Position numbers and translations under genes: made by a program. The notes under the pieces were generated by a model. That model searched no databases, was not told the origin of the DNA, and saw only the letters and a program-made list of their open reading frames with translations. Positions 1 through 9,900 of a stretch of DNA of 64,000 nucleotides are shown here, piece after piece; position 1 is the stretch's first letter; every line of letters begins with the position of its first letter. This DNA is from a virus. The DNA lies in IMG/VR virus record IMGVR_UViG_3300033182_000991, positions 32,001 through 96,000 of that record. One strand, given 5' to 3'.

Positions 1-1
1 A

Positions 2-898
2 TCAGAACCAGGTCCAAAAGGTCTTAAGGGACCTAAGGGTTATAAAGGTAGTCCTGGTACAGATGCTAAGGGACGTAAAGGTGGTCCCGGTGCCAAAGGT
101 ACGAAAGGTCTTAAAGGTTATAAGGGTGATGTAAATACTCAAGCGGGTTCAACGGGTTCAACAGGTCTATATCCAGGTCCGAAGGGACCTAAAGGTTATG
201 CGGGTAAGATTGGACCATCGGGTACAGGTCCTAAGGGTCCGAGAGGTAACCAAGGGGGTGCGGGCTCAAAAGGTTTGAAAGGTTATAAGGGTAATAAGGG
301 ACCTAAAGGGTTCAAAGGTCCTGCATCTTCATGTTATTCGGTAACAATGTTCGGTCCGGCTGGTGACGCAGGTGAAGCTTGTATACCTGAGGAATGGAAT
401 GGTTATTCTGACTGTTCAACTCCGGCTGATGGTTGTAAGGTTTATCAGGTAAGTACCTGTACTTCATGTACATCTTTAACGGGTTTATTCTTAAGTGACG
501 GTGCAGATGTATTTGAAGTAGGACCTAACAGTGACCCTTGTGAATTAGTTTTTGTTCAAGGTTGTGGTCGTTCGGATGTTAGATTGAAGAATAACATTGA
601 GACTCTAACAAATATCACAGAGAGAATTCTTGAGATTGATGTGAAAGAATATGATTGGAATGAGAATTTACCTAACTATCAAGACTTAAAAGATAAAGAT
701 AAGTTACACTCTATCGGTATTATTGCTCAGGAATTGTTACCAATCTTCCCTGAGTTAGTGTATAGAAGAAGTGATGGGTACTACAGTATCTACTACTATA
801 AGTTGAATGCCATATTAATTGAGGCTGTTAAAGAACAGCAAAGAGAGATTGAGTCTATTGACCAAGACATTAAACTATTATCACAAAAATTGAGTTAA
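2..898 (+). CDS. Collagen-like fibre protein (5' truncated) with Cys-rich segment and C-terminal intramolecular chaperone (peptidase S74) domain
   Basis: Frame is open from position 2 with Gly-X-Y codons (SEPGPKGLKGPKGYKG...). It continues into the ORF at 275, then a Cys-rich stretch, then SDVRLKNNI...IGIIAQEL...PELV...LIEAVKE, typical of S74/ICA. Confidence 0.85.
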   Translation, partial: SEPGPKGLKGPKGYKGSPGTDAKGRKGGPGAKGTKGLKGYKGDVNTQAGSTGSTGLYPGPKGPKGYAGKIGPSGTGPKGPRGNQGGAGSKGLKGYKGNKGPKGFKGPASSCYSVTMFGPAGDAGEACIPEEWNGYSDCSTPADGCKVYQVSTCTSCTSLTGLFLSDGADVFEVGPNSDPCELVFVQGCGRSDVRLKNNIETLTNITERILEIDVKEYDWNENLPNYQDLKDKDKLHSIGIIAQELLPIFPELVYRRSDGYYSIYYYKLNAILIEAVKEQQREIESIDQDIKLLSQKLS

Positions 899-2844
899 TG
901 GCGCAGAATGTAATCATATATCCATCGGGTAGTACCAAGAATCCATACCCACACATTGAGTTTTCAGGTGTGAATGGATACTACTATTGGGAAATTAATG
1001 AGGATGGGGTGTTATACTCTTACCAACCTAACATTCCAACGAGTGGTCTGACTATGTATTTTGATGCTGCGGCATATGACTCATATTCAGGTGGTACGTT
1101 ATGGTGGGATTTGACGGGTGGTCGTTATCTAATTGGTGAAGGTGATGGTGTTCAATACGATGGTGTGATGACTGGTGCTACAAAATATAGAAACGTCAAT
1201 CAGTTGATACATACTGAAGCCTCTGCGATTAATGTTAATACAGTTAATGAGTGGTGGTTCTCAGATATTGCTAATGGGTTGGAAGATATTAACTTTAATA
1301 ATGATTATTATGACCAGCTGATTGCGGGAAATTATGATACTATATTTGTAAGACTTTATAAGTCTACTGAACCCGATACTTACTACCAAGTTTATAGTGG
1401 GAGTGGTGCGTCTTTAGTTGCTGGTGATGACCTTAAACTTAATATGGTTCGTATAGATGGTGTTAATAGTTGGGACGGTTCAGACATTTATAATACTCAA
1501 AGAGCAGGGTATCCTGGTTTGAATAACAAAGATTTAGATGGTGTGGTCACTGTTGAATTTATCCCATCAAGGAATGGTAGTGGACTAAGTGCTTCTACAA
1601 CAAATGCCAGTTTGGTTAATGCTCCTTACCACAATCCTATTAATGGTGGTGTATTCAGGTTTGATGCTACCAATGAATACGCAAGAGCCTTAGACCCAAA
1701 CATTCGTGGGGGAAGTATTTCTCGTACTATGATTGGATTCTTCAGTGCGGGTACATCTGAGAATGGATGTATTTTTGGTATTGGTGACCAACCTGAAAAT
1801 AACGGTGGTGCTAACTCATCATGGGAGTTATGGAATTATAATCAATCGTCAGGTGCGGGATTAAGAATCCATACTCAAAGTTTTAATTTTGGTACCAGTC
1901 CTGAATATAGATTGACTGACAATTTAGATAAGTGGTTGATGGCGGTTCTTAGTTATGATACTGATGCTAACGTTGCGTCACTAAAGATTTATGATGATGG
2001 TGTGGTAACCTCAGGTACGAGTAGTAATTCATCTATTGATACTATTACAAATAACTTCTCAGTTAATAAATCTGCATATGGTAGTGAAGGTGGTGGTATG
2101 ACAGGTAATTTTGCGTTAGCCTTATACTATGAAAGAGAAATTTTAGATAGTGAGATAGAACAAATTTATAGAGTATTCTCCCCAAGGTTTGGTGTGACTC
2201 CAGCTATTGTTAAGCCAGGACTTGAAATGTGGTTGGATGCCAAAAATACTAACAGTTATACTGGTGGTACTATATGGCATGACTTAACTGAAAACGGTAA
2301 TGATGGAACTATCAATGGTCCGACCCATACTGACTACTACTTAGACTTTGACGGTACTGACGATTACGTTTCTTTACCAGCACAGACTATGTACCGTTCA
2401 GGTGGTACGATATGTATGTTATTTAACAAAGATGCCGAGAACGGAGGATTGTTATGGGGTGCAAACTATGATAGACATTTATCAACACTATCAAATAATT
2501 TCTATGGTGAAACTGCATCAAACTGTAATAGTTTTAATTCACCAACTTACAGTGCAGGGACAGGTAATTGGGTTCAGTATACATTAGTTTTCACGGGGAA
2601 TAGTGCTTATCACTATATTGATGGTGTTTCCATTGGTGAGACTCCAAATTATGGTTCAATAAACTGTGGAAGTGCCACTACTCAATTAGAGGCTGACTTC
2701 CCATTTAGTAGAATTGGTAATTCAACACAATACGTTGGAAACTTTGATGGTAAGATTTCGGTGGTATTGAAATACGATAGACCATTAACTCAAACTGAAA
2801 TCACTAAAAACTACGATGCATTAAAGCAAAGATACAGTGATTAA
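898..2844 (+). CDS. Virion/tail-associated protein with LamG/concanavalin A-like domains
   Basis: Two copies of the L.M..DA....SY.GG..W.DL motif; FDGTDDYV; C-terminal YDRPLTQTEI..NY motif; lies between fibre genes. Confidence 0.7.
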   Translation: MAQNVIIYPSGSTKNPYPHIEFSGVNGYYYWEINEDGVLYSYQPNIPTSGLTMYFDAAAYDSYSGGTLWWDLTGGRYLIGEGDGVQYDGVMTGATKYRNVNQLIHTEASAINVNTVNEWWFSDIANGLEDINFNNDYYDQLIAGNYDTIFVRLYKSTEPDTYYQVYSGSGASLVAGDDLKLNMVRIDGVNSWDGSDIYNTQRAGYPGLNNKDLDGVVTVEFIPSRNGSGLSASTTNASLVNAPYHNPINGGVFRFDATNEYARALDPNIRGGSISRTMIGFFSAGTSENGCIFGIGDQPENNGGANSSWELWNYNQSSGAGLRIHTQSFNFGTSPEYRLTDNLDKWLMAVLSYDTDANVASLKIYDDGVVTSGTSSNSSIDTITNNFSVNKSAYGSEGGGMTGNFALALYYEREILDSEIEQIYRVFSPRFGVTPAIVKPGLEMWLDAKNTNSYTGGTIWHDLTENGNDGTINGPTHTDYYLDFDGTDDYVSLPAQTMYRSGGTICMLFNKDAENGGLLWGANYDRHLSTLSNNFYGETASNCNSFNSPTYSAGTGNWVQYTLVFTGNSAYHYIDGVSIGETPNYGSINCGSATTQLEADFPFSRIGNSTQYVGNFDGKISVVLKYDRPLTQTEITKNYDALKQRYSD

Positions 2845-2868
2845 ACTATTTATTAAAAGACTTGAATT

Positions 2869-3117
2869 ATGACAAATTATACTTACTTGATAATCAAAAC
2901 GAACGAGGTTGATAAGGTTGATTTCAGCCAAGTCAGAGAGACATCATCTGAAACTTTGAGACATAGTTTGGATGATACAAAGACATTTATTAAGTGGGAT
3001 AATGAAACGCCAACTTTTGTGAATAATTTTGAATGGACGGACGGTCCTTATAATCATACACAAATAATTAATATTTTATCTACGGATGAATGGGTTGATA
3101 CTAATGGGCCGAGTTAA
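2869..3117 (+). CDS. Small conserved phage protein in the fibre cluster (possible chaperone)
   Basis: 82-aa ORF; stop overlaps the next start (taatg). Confidence 0.55.
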   Translation: MTNYTYLIIKTNEVDKVDFSQVRETSSETLRHSLDDTKTFIKWDNETPTFVNNFEWTDGPYNHTQIINILSTDEWVDTNGPS

Positions 3118-6100
3118 TGAAAGCAAGAATATTTCAAATATCTGATTCCGCAAATCCCCTAAAGATTTATGTAATCTCTAAGTTCAATGAAGGATTGGAT
3201 GTGAATTCCAATGCGGTTATTGATGCAAAAGGGCAATGGGTAGGTCCAATCACCAACCTTAAAGGTCTTAAGGGTGAGAAGGGTGATTTGGGTAACAAAG
3301 GTATTAAAGGAACTCAAGGTACCACTGGTGGAGGTGGTGACAAAGGTCTTAAAGGTAATAAGGGTCTTAAGTTCGGTAAGGGTCACAAAGGTTTAATTGG
3401 TGATAAGGGTATCAAAGGTCGTAAAGGTCTTGTTGCCGATAAAGGTCCAACAGGTACAACAGGTACAGGAACAAAAGGTACTCAGGGTCCTGTAGGTGAT
3501 TCAGTTCAAGGTTCTACAGGTCCTACGGGTTCAGCATTTATTGGTCCAACAGGTGGAGGAGGAGACCAAGGTCCACAAGGTGGTCAGGGTTCTACGGGTC
3601 CGACGGGTGCTGCTGGTGATAAAGGACCTAAAGGTGTTAAGGGAGCCAAAGGTAGTAAAGGTATTAAAGGACCAACTGCTGGTAAGGGTTTGAAAGGTGA
3701 TACAGGTTCAACAGGTGCTGGTGGTGATAAGGGATATAAAGGAGCTGCAGGTACAGGTCCTAAGGGTCAGAAAGGTCCTCAGGGTAATTCGCCAATTGGT
3801 GCTAAAGGTCCACAGGGAAGTTCTCCTCGTGGTAACTTTGGTGGTCAAGGAAATCAAGGTGGACAAGGTGGTGTTGGTGACAACAATCCAGGTCCAAAAG
3901 GACCAATAGGTTCAACTAATCAGGGTCCTATTGGTGACCAAGGACCTACATTCCAAGGGTCTACAGGTCTTCAAGGTTCAGGTGGTCCTGGTGGTGACAA
4001 AGGACCTCAGGGTAATGATGGTCCAAAAGGACCTAAAGGATATAAAGGTGGTGTTGGTGCCAAAGGTATTAAAGGTACTAAGGGTTCTACTGGTCCTAAG
4101 GGTCTTAAAGGTAGAAAAGGTAATATTGGTACATCACCAATCGGTCCTCAAGGTCCACAGGGTTCTTCACCATTAGGACCAAGAGGAGGTCAAGGTGCAC
4201 AAGGAGCTGCCAATCCAGGACCTCAAGGTCCAACGGGTTCTTCCTTCCAAGGTTCAGGTGGTGACCAAGGACCGACAGGTCCACAAGGAAACGATGGACC
4301 TAAGGGTATTAAAGGTACCAAAGGTACGAAGGGTCTCAAAGGACGTAAGGGTGTAAAAGGTTACATCGGTGGTTCACCACAAGGTCCTATCGGTCCTCAA
4401 GGAGCATCTCCACAAGGAGGTCAGGGTAATCAGGGACCTCAGGGTGATGCGAATCCAGGCCCAACAGGACCAACAGGTTCTTCATTTACAGGGGACGGTG
4501 GTGACCAAGGTCCAACTGGACCGACAGGGAACGATGGACCGAAGGGTCCAAAAGGTTACAAGGGAACCAAAGGATTAAAAGGACGTAAGGGTGTGAAGGG
4601 TTACATTGGTGCATCACCTCAAGGACCTATTGGTCCACAAGGTGCATCTCCACGTGGTCCACAAGGTGCAAGAGGTGGTACAGGAGCATCCAACCCAGGT
4701 CCTCAGGGTCCGACAGGTCCGTCATTTACAGGTAGTGGTGGTGACCAAGGTCCGGTAGGTCCACAAGGAAACGATGGTCCAAAAGGACCTAAGGGTATCA
4801 AAGGTGGTGCCGGAGCCAAAGGTTATAAAGGTCACAAAGGTTACAGAGGGACATCACCTCAAGGACCTCGTGGTGCAACAGGTGCGTCTCCCCAAGGTGC
4901 ACAGGGTGCAAGAGGTAATACAGGTTCTGCTAATCCTGGTCCAACAGGTCCAGGTGGTTCGGCTAACCCAGGTGCTCAGGGACCTGGTGGTGATAAAGGT
5001 CCGATAGGTAATGATGGGGCTAAGGGTTACAAAGGTACTAAAGGAGCCAAAGGTCATAAGGGATATAAAGGACCTAAAGGTTATGTTGGTAGTTCACCAC
5101 AAGGACCTATTGGTCCACAAGGTGCATCACCACAGGGTCCACAAGGTGGTCAAGGTCCTCAAGGGGCTAATAATCCAGGTCCAAAGGGACCTACAGGACC
5201 GGCGTATCAAGGTCCAATAGGGCCTGGTGGTTCAGGTGGTCCAACAGGTTATGACGGTCCAAAAGGACCTAAGGGTATAAAAGGACCAACTGGTCCTCAG
5301 GGTGATAAAGGTTTCAAAGGAAACATTGGTAATTCACCAAGAGGTCCATTCGGACCAACAGGTGCATCTCCACGAGGACCACAAGGTAACAGAGGTGGAA
5401 CAGGTGCTGGTAATCCTGGTCCTCAGGGTCCAGGTGGTTCTGCATTCCAAGGTAGTGGAGGTGCTCAAGGACCGACAGGACCACAAGGTAACGATGGACC
5501 AAAAGGTCCTAAAGGTTATAAAGGTGGTACTGGTGCCAAAGGATATAAAGGTCATAAGGGATATAGAGGTACTTCACCAACAGGTCCGAGAGGTGCACAA
5601 GGTGTATCCCCACGTGGTAATACAGGTGCACGTGGTGTTACAGGAGCTAATAATCCAGGACCAAAAGGTCCTGTTGGACCAGCATTCCAAGGAGATAAGG
5701 GTTACACTGCTCCTGATGGTGCAAAAGGTTACAAAGGACTCAAGGGTAGAAAAGGCCATAAAGGATATATTGGAGGTTCTCCATTAGGTCCACGTGGTTC
5801 GGCAGGTGCATCACCGAGAGGACCACAAGGTGCGGCTAATCCAGGACCAACAGGTCCAGGAGGTTCGGCCTTCCAAGGTGATAAGGGACCTACAGGTAAT
5901 GCAGGTGCTAAAGGTTACAAAGGACTCAAGGGTAGAAAAGGTCATAAAGGATATATTGGTACATCACCGAGAGGTCCACAAGGTAATCAAGGGGCATCTC
6001 CGAGAGGTAACCAAGGGTCAGCCAATCCAGGTCCGAAGGGACCTAAAGGGTATAGTAATCCTGGTTCAACAGGGCCTACAGGTTATGATGGTCCAAAGGG

Positions 6101-6905
6101 TCCTAAGGGTATTAAAGGGTCTAAGGGACACAAGGGATATATAGGTAATTCTCCTCAAGGTCCGAGAGGTGCCACAGGTGCTTCTCCACGAGGAGGTGGA
6201 GGTGATACAGGACCTGGTGGTTCTAATAATCCAGGACCAAAAGGTTATAAAGGTGCTGCGGGTTATGGTCCTATCGGATTACAAGGTAATAGAGGGGCGA
6301 CAGGTCCACAAGGTTCACCTGGATTAGAACCAGGTGAAGACGGTTCAACAGGTTCAACAGGTTTCCAAGGTCCAGCGAGTAACGCTAAGGGTCCTAAGGG
6401 TCCCAAAGGACCTAAAGGTTACATTGGTAATGCCCCTAAAGGTCCAAGAGGTCCTGCGGGTTCAACGGGTTCATCGGCGGTTGGTGCAAAGGGTCCTATT
6501 GGTTCAACGGGTGCTCAAGGTAACCAAGGTGGTAGAGGACCTCAAGGTGCTAAGGGTTATAGAGGTCCTCAGGGTCCATCATCGGATGAGAGATTAAAGA
6601 CAAACATCAAAGGATTGAAAGGTAACCTTTCTAAGTTGTTGTTATTGAAAGGTCTTTACTTTGATTGGAATGATGATGAGTTTACTACAAATTATCTGAA
6701 TGGTATTAAGGGTACCTCTATTGGTTTCGTTGCGCAGGAGGTTGAAGAAGTATTGCCTGATGTGGTTGAAAGAGACCCTCAAGGTGTGATGGGTGTGGAG
6801 TATGATATTATGTCAGTAATTGCCTTAGGTGCTCTCCAAGAACAACACACGAGAATACTTATGTTAAAGGATAGAATAAACAATTTGAAAGAGTTGGTTG
6901 ACTAA
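3117..6905 (+). CDS. Long collagen-like fibre protein with C-terminal S74 chaperone
   Basis: About 1100 aa of interrupted Gly-X-Y, followed by SDERLKTNI...GFVAQEVEEVLPDVV. Confidence 0.9.
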   Translation: MKARIFQISDSANPLKIYVISKFNEGLDVNSNAVIDAKGQWVGPITNLKGLKGEKGDLGNKGIKGTQGTTGGGGDKGLKGNKGLKFGKGHKGLIGDKGIKGRKGLVADKGPTGTTGTGTKGTQGPVGDSVQGSTGPTGSAFIGPTGGGGDQGPQGGQGSTGPTGAAGDKGPKGVKGAKGSKGIKGPTAGKGLKGDTGSTGAGGDKGYKGAAGTGPKGQKGPQGNSPIGAKGPQGSSPRGNFGGQGNQGGQGGVGDNNPGPKGPIGSTNQGPIGDQGPTFQGSTGLQGSGGPGGDKGPQGNDGPKGPKGYKGGVGAKGIKGTKGSTGPKGLKGRKGNIGTSPIGPQGPQGSSPLGPRGGQGAQGAANPGPQGPTGSSFQGSGGDQGPTGPQGNDGPKGIKGTKGTKGLKGRKGVKGYIGGSPQGPIGPQGASPQGGQGNQGPQGDANPGPTGPTGSSFTGDGGDQGPTGPTGNDGPKGPKGYKGTKGLKGRKGVKGYIGASPQGPIGPQGASPRGPQGARGGTGASNPGPQGPTGPSFTGSGGDQGPVGPQGNDGPKGPKGIKGGAGAKGYKGHKGYRGTSPQGPRGATGASPQGAQGARGNTGSANPGPTGPGGSANPGAQGPGGDKGPIGNDGAKGYKGTKGAKGHKGYKGPKGYVGSSPQGPIGPQGASPQGPQGGQGPQGANNPGPKGPTGPAYQGPIGPGGSGGPTGYDGPKGPKGIKGPTGPQGDKGFKGNIGNSPRGPFGPTGASPRGPQGNRGGTGAGNPGPQGPGGSAFQGSGGAQGPTGPQGNDGPKGPKGYKGGTGAKGYKGHKGYRGTSPTGPRGAQGVSPRGNTGARGVTGANNPGPKGPVGPAFQGDKGYTAPDGAKGYKGLKGRKGHKGYIGGSPLGPRGSAGASPRGPQGAANPGPTGPGGSAFQGDKGPTGNAGAKGYKGLKGRKGHKGYIGTSPRGPQGNQGASPRGNQGSANPGPKGPKGYSNPGSTGPTGYDGPKGPKGIKGSKGHKGYIGNSPQGPRGATGASPRGGGGDTGPGGSNNPGPKGYKGAAGYGPIGLQGNRGATGPQGSPGLEPGEDGSTGSTGFQGPASNAKGPKGPKGPKGYIGNAPKGPRGPAGSTGSSAVGAKGPIGSTGAQGNQGGRGPQGAKGYRGPQGPSSDERLKTNIKGLKGNLSKLLLLKGLYFDWNDDEFTTNYLNGIKGTSIGFVAQEVEEVLPDVVERDPQGVMGVEYDIMSVIALGALQEQHTRILMLKDRINNLKELVD
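4281..5720 (+). repeat. 240-nt (80-aa) coding super-repeat in collagen gene 2
   Basis: The GND/GYD-G codon block recurs at 4281, 4521, 4761, 5001, 5241 and 5481. Confidence 0.9.
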
Positions 6906-9900
6906 TGGCAAAGAACATTAAAATAACACCGAAAAGTGGTATCATTGAATTCTCAGGTGCTACGAGTTCATCAATTGATTTGGGACACAATGAGAGTTCT
7001 GATGAGTTGAAGTTCTCAGGGTCATCATTAGACCCTGTTAGGTTAACGGTTAAAGGTGGTTATACATTCAACTCTGACTCTAAGGTATTGGTTGAAAATA
7101 GTGGTGAGGTTCTATCTAAAGGTCAAAAGAGAATTGATAAAGGTGGTGTATGGCAAGGACCGAGAGCTCAGGATAAGGGTATTAAAGGTTTCAAAGGTAC
7201 TAAAGGACCAAATGCTGTTACTGCTGAAACGGGTGATAAGGGTTACCGTGGTACTCAGGGTACTATTGGTGCCAATCAAGCCGTAGGTACAAGAGGTAAT
7301 CAAGGACCACAAGGAGGTATTGGTTCTCAAGGACAAAAAGGTATTAAAGGACCTGCGGGTGGTGTAGGTTCAACAGCCGACCCATCACCAGCGGGTGATA
7401 AAGGACCTACAGCACCAAAGGGACCTAAAGGTTATAAGGGTACAAAAGGTGCTAAAGGTGGTGCTGGTGACAAAGGTCAGAAAGGTAATATCGGTAATAA
7501 GGGTATTAAAGGTATTGTCGGTACATCTCCGAAAGGTTTTATTGGTCCACAAGGTTCTTCCCCACAAGGTGAGAAAGGACCTCAGGGAGACTCTCCTAAG
7601 GGTATTAAAGGTGTTAAAGGTACTAAGGGTGACCGTGGTGGTTCTGGTACTGGTGGTGATAATAACCCAGGTGCTCAAGGACCTGTCGGTGATTCAGTAC
7701 AAGGTTCAACAGGACCAACTGGTATCTCTGTTCAGGGACCTGCGGGTTCACAGGGTCCAACAGGGCCAGGTGGTGATAAGGGACCTATTGCTCCTGATGG
7801 TGCAAAAGGTTTCAAGGGTATCAAAGGAACTACAGGTGACAAAGGTATAAAAGGTATCAAAGGGGTTAAAGGTGACAAGGGTTACAAAGGACCTAAAGGT
7901 ATTAAAGGACACAAAGGTTTTATTGGTTTATCACCTCAAGGACCAAGAGGTGCCACAGGTGCATCACCTATCGGACCGCAAGGACCACAAGGAGCCTCAC
8001 CAATTGGACCACAGGGTGGTCAGGGTGGACAAGGTAATGCAACACCAGGTCCTGAAGGTGATTTAGGTTCAGCGTTCCAAGGTAGTGGAGGTGCACAAGG
8101 ACCGACAGGACCACAAGGTAATGACGGTCCAAAAGGACCGAAAGGTTATAAAGGGTCTGAAGGATTGAAAGGTCGTAAAGGTATTAAAGGTAATATCGGT
8201 AACTCACCTATTGGTCCACAAGGACCTCAAGGGGCATCCCCTCAAGGTGCTCAGGGTGCAAGAGGTAATACAGGTGCTGCTAATCCAGGTCCTCAGGGAC
8301 CAGGTGGCTCTGCTAATCCTGGTGCTCAAGGACCTGGTGGTGACAAAGGACCGACAGGTAACGATGGAGCAAAAGGTTACAAAGGTACTAAGGGAGCCAA
8401 AGGACACAAAGGTTATAAAGGTAACAAAGGTTTGAGAGGTAATTCTCCTGTGGGTCCACGTGGTGGTACAGGTGCATCACCTCAAGGTGCTCAAGGTAAC
8501 AGAGGTGGTACAGGTGCCCCTAATCCAGGTCCAAAAGGACCTATCGGTGATACAAATCAGGGTTCTACAGGTCCTCAGGGTTCTGGTGGTCCAACGGGTT
8601 ATGATGGACCAAAAGGACCTAAGGGTATCAAAGGTCCTAAAGGGTTGAAAGGACGTAAAGGGGTTAAAGGTTACATCGGAACATCTCCACAAGGACCTAT
8701 TGGTCCACAGGGTGCGTCACCAAGAGGACCACAAGGTGCGAGGGGTGGTCAAGGAGCTGCTAATCCTGGTCCAACGGGACCTACAGGTTCTTCATTTACA
8801 GGTAGTGGAGGTGACCAAGGGCCGGTCGGACCACAAGGTAATGACGGACCAAAGGGACCTAAGGGTTACAAAGGTGCTTTGGGTGCTAAAGGTCTTAAAG
8901 GTAGAAAAGGTAATATCGGTAATTCGCCAAGAGGTCCACAGGGACCACAAGGAGCATCACCACGTGGTAACACAGGTGCTCGTGGTGTGACGGGAGCCAA
9001 CAATCCAGGTCCTCAGGGTCCAGGAGGGTCTTCATTCCAAGGTAGTGGTGGTGCTCAAGGACCTACAGGTCCAGGTGCTGGTGACGGTGCAAAAGGTTAT
9101 AAAGGTATAAAGGGTTCTCTTGGTGCTAAAGGTTATAAAGGTCATAAGGGATATAGAGGAGCTTCTCCTCAGGGTCCTATTGGTCCACAAGGTTCATCAC
9201 CTAAAGGTTATAGAGGTCCACAAGGTGTTCAAGGAGCAACTAATCCAGGTCCTAAAGGTCCTGTGGGTTCAACGAATCAAGGCTCAACGGGTCCACAAGG
9301 TTCAGGTGGACCGACAGGATATGACGGTCCAAAAGGACCTAAGGGTATAAAAGGACCTAAAGGGTTGAAAGGACACAAAGGTTATAAGGGTAACATAGGT
9401 AACTCACCACAAGGACCTATCGGTCCACAAGGGGCGTCACCAAGAGGTAACCAAGGTGCGAGGGGTGGTCAAGGAGCTGCTAATCCTGGTCCTACAGGTC
9501 CTACAGGTTCTGCATTCCAAGGTTCAACAGGACCTCAAGGTCCTACTGGGCCAACTGCGGGCGATGGTGCAAAAGGTTACAAAGGTCTTAAAGGTATAAA
9601 AGGGCATAAAGGTTATACTGGTTCTTCACCACGAGGACCGCAAGGTGCTCAAGGGGCTTCCCCAAGAGGTAATACAGGTGCTGCCAATCCGGGTCCAAAA
9701 GGTCCTAAAGGATATAGTAATCCTGGTGATAAAGGACCTACAGGTAATGATGGTGCAAAAGGTTACAAAGGACTTAAGGGTAGAAAAGGACATAAAGGTT
9801 ACATCGGTAATTCTCCAAGAGGTCCTCAAGGGTCTCAAGGAGCGTCTCCAAGGGGACCGCAGGGTGCTGCCAACCAAGGTGGCACAGGTCCTACAGGTTC

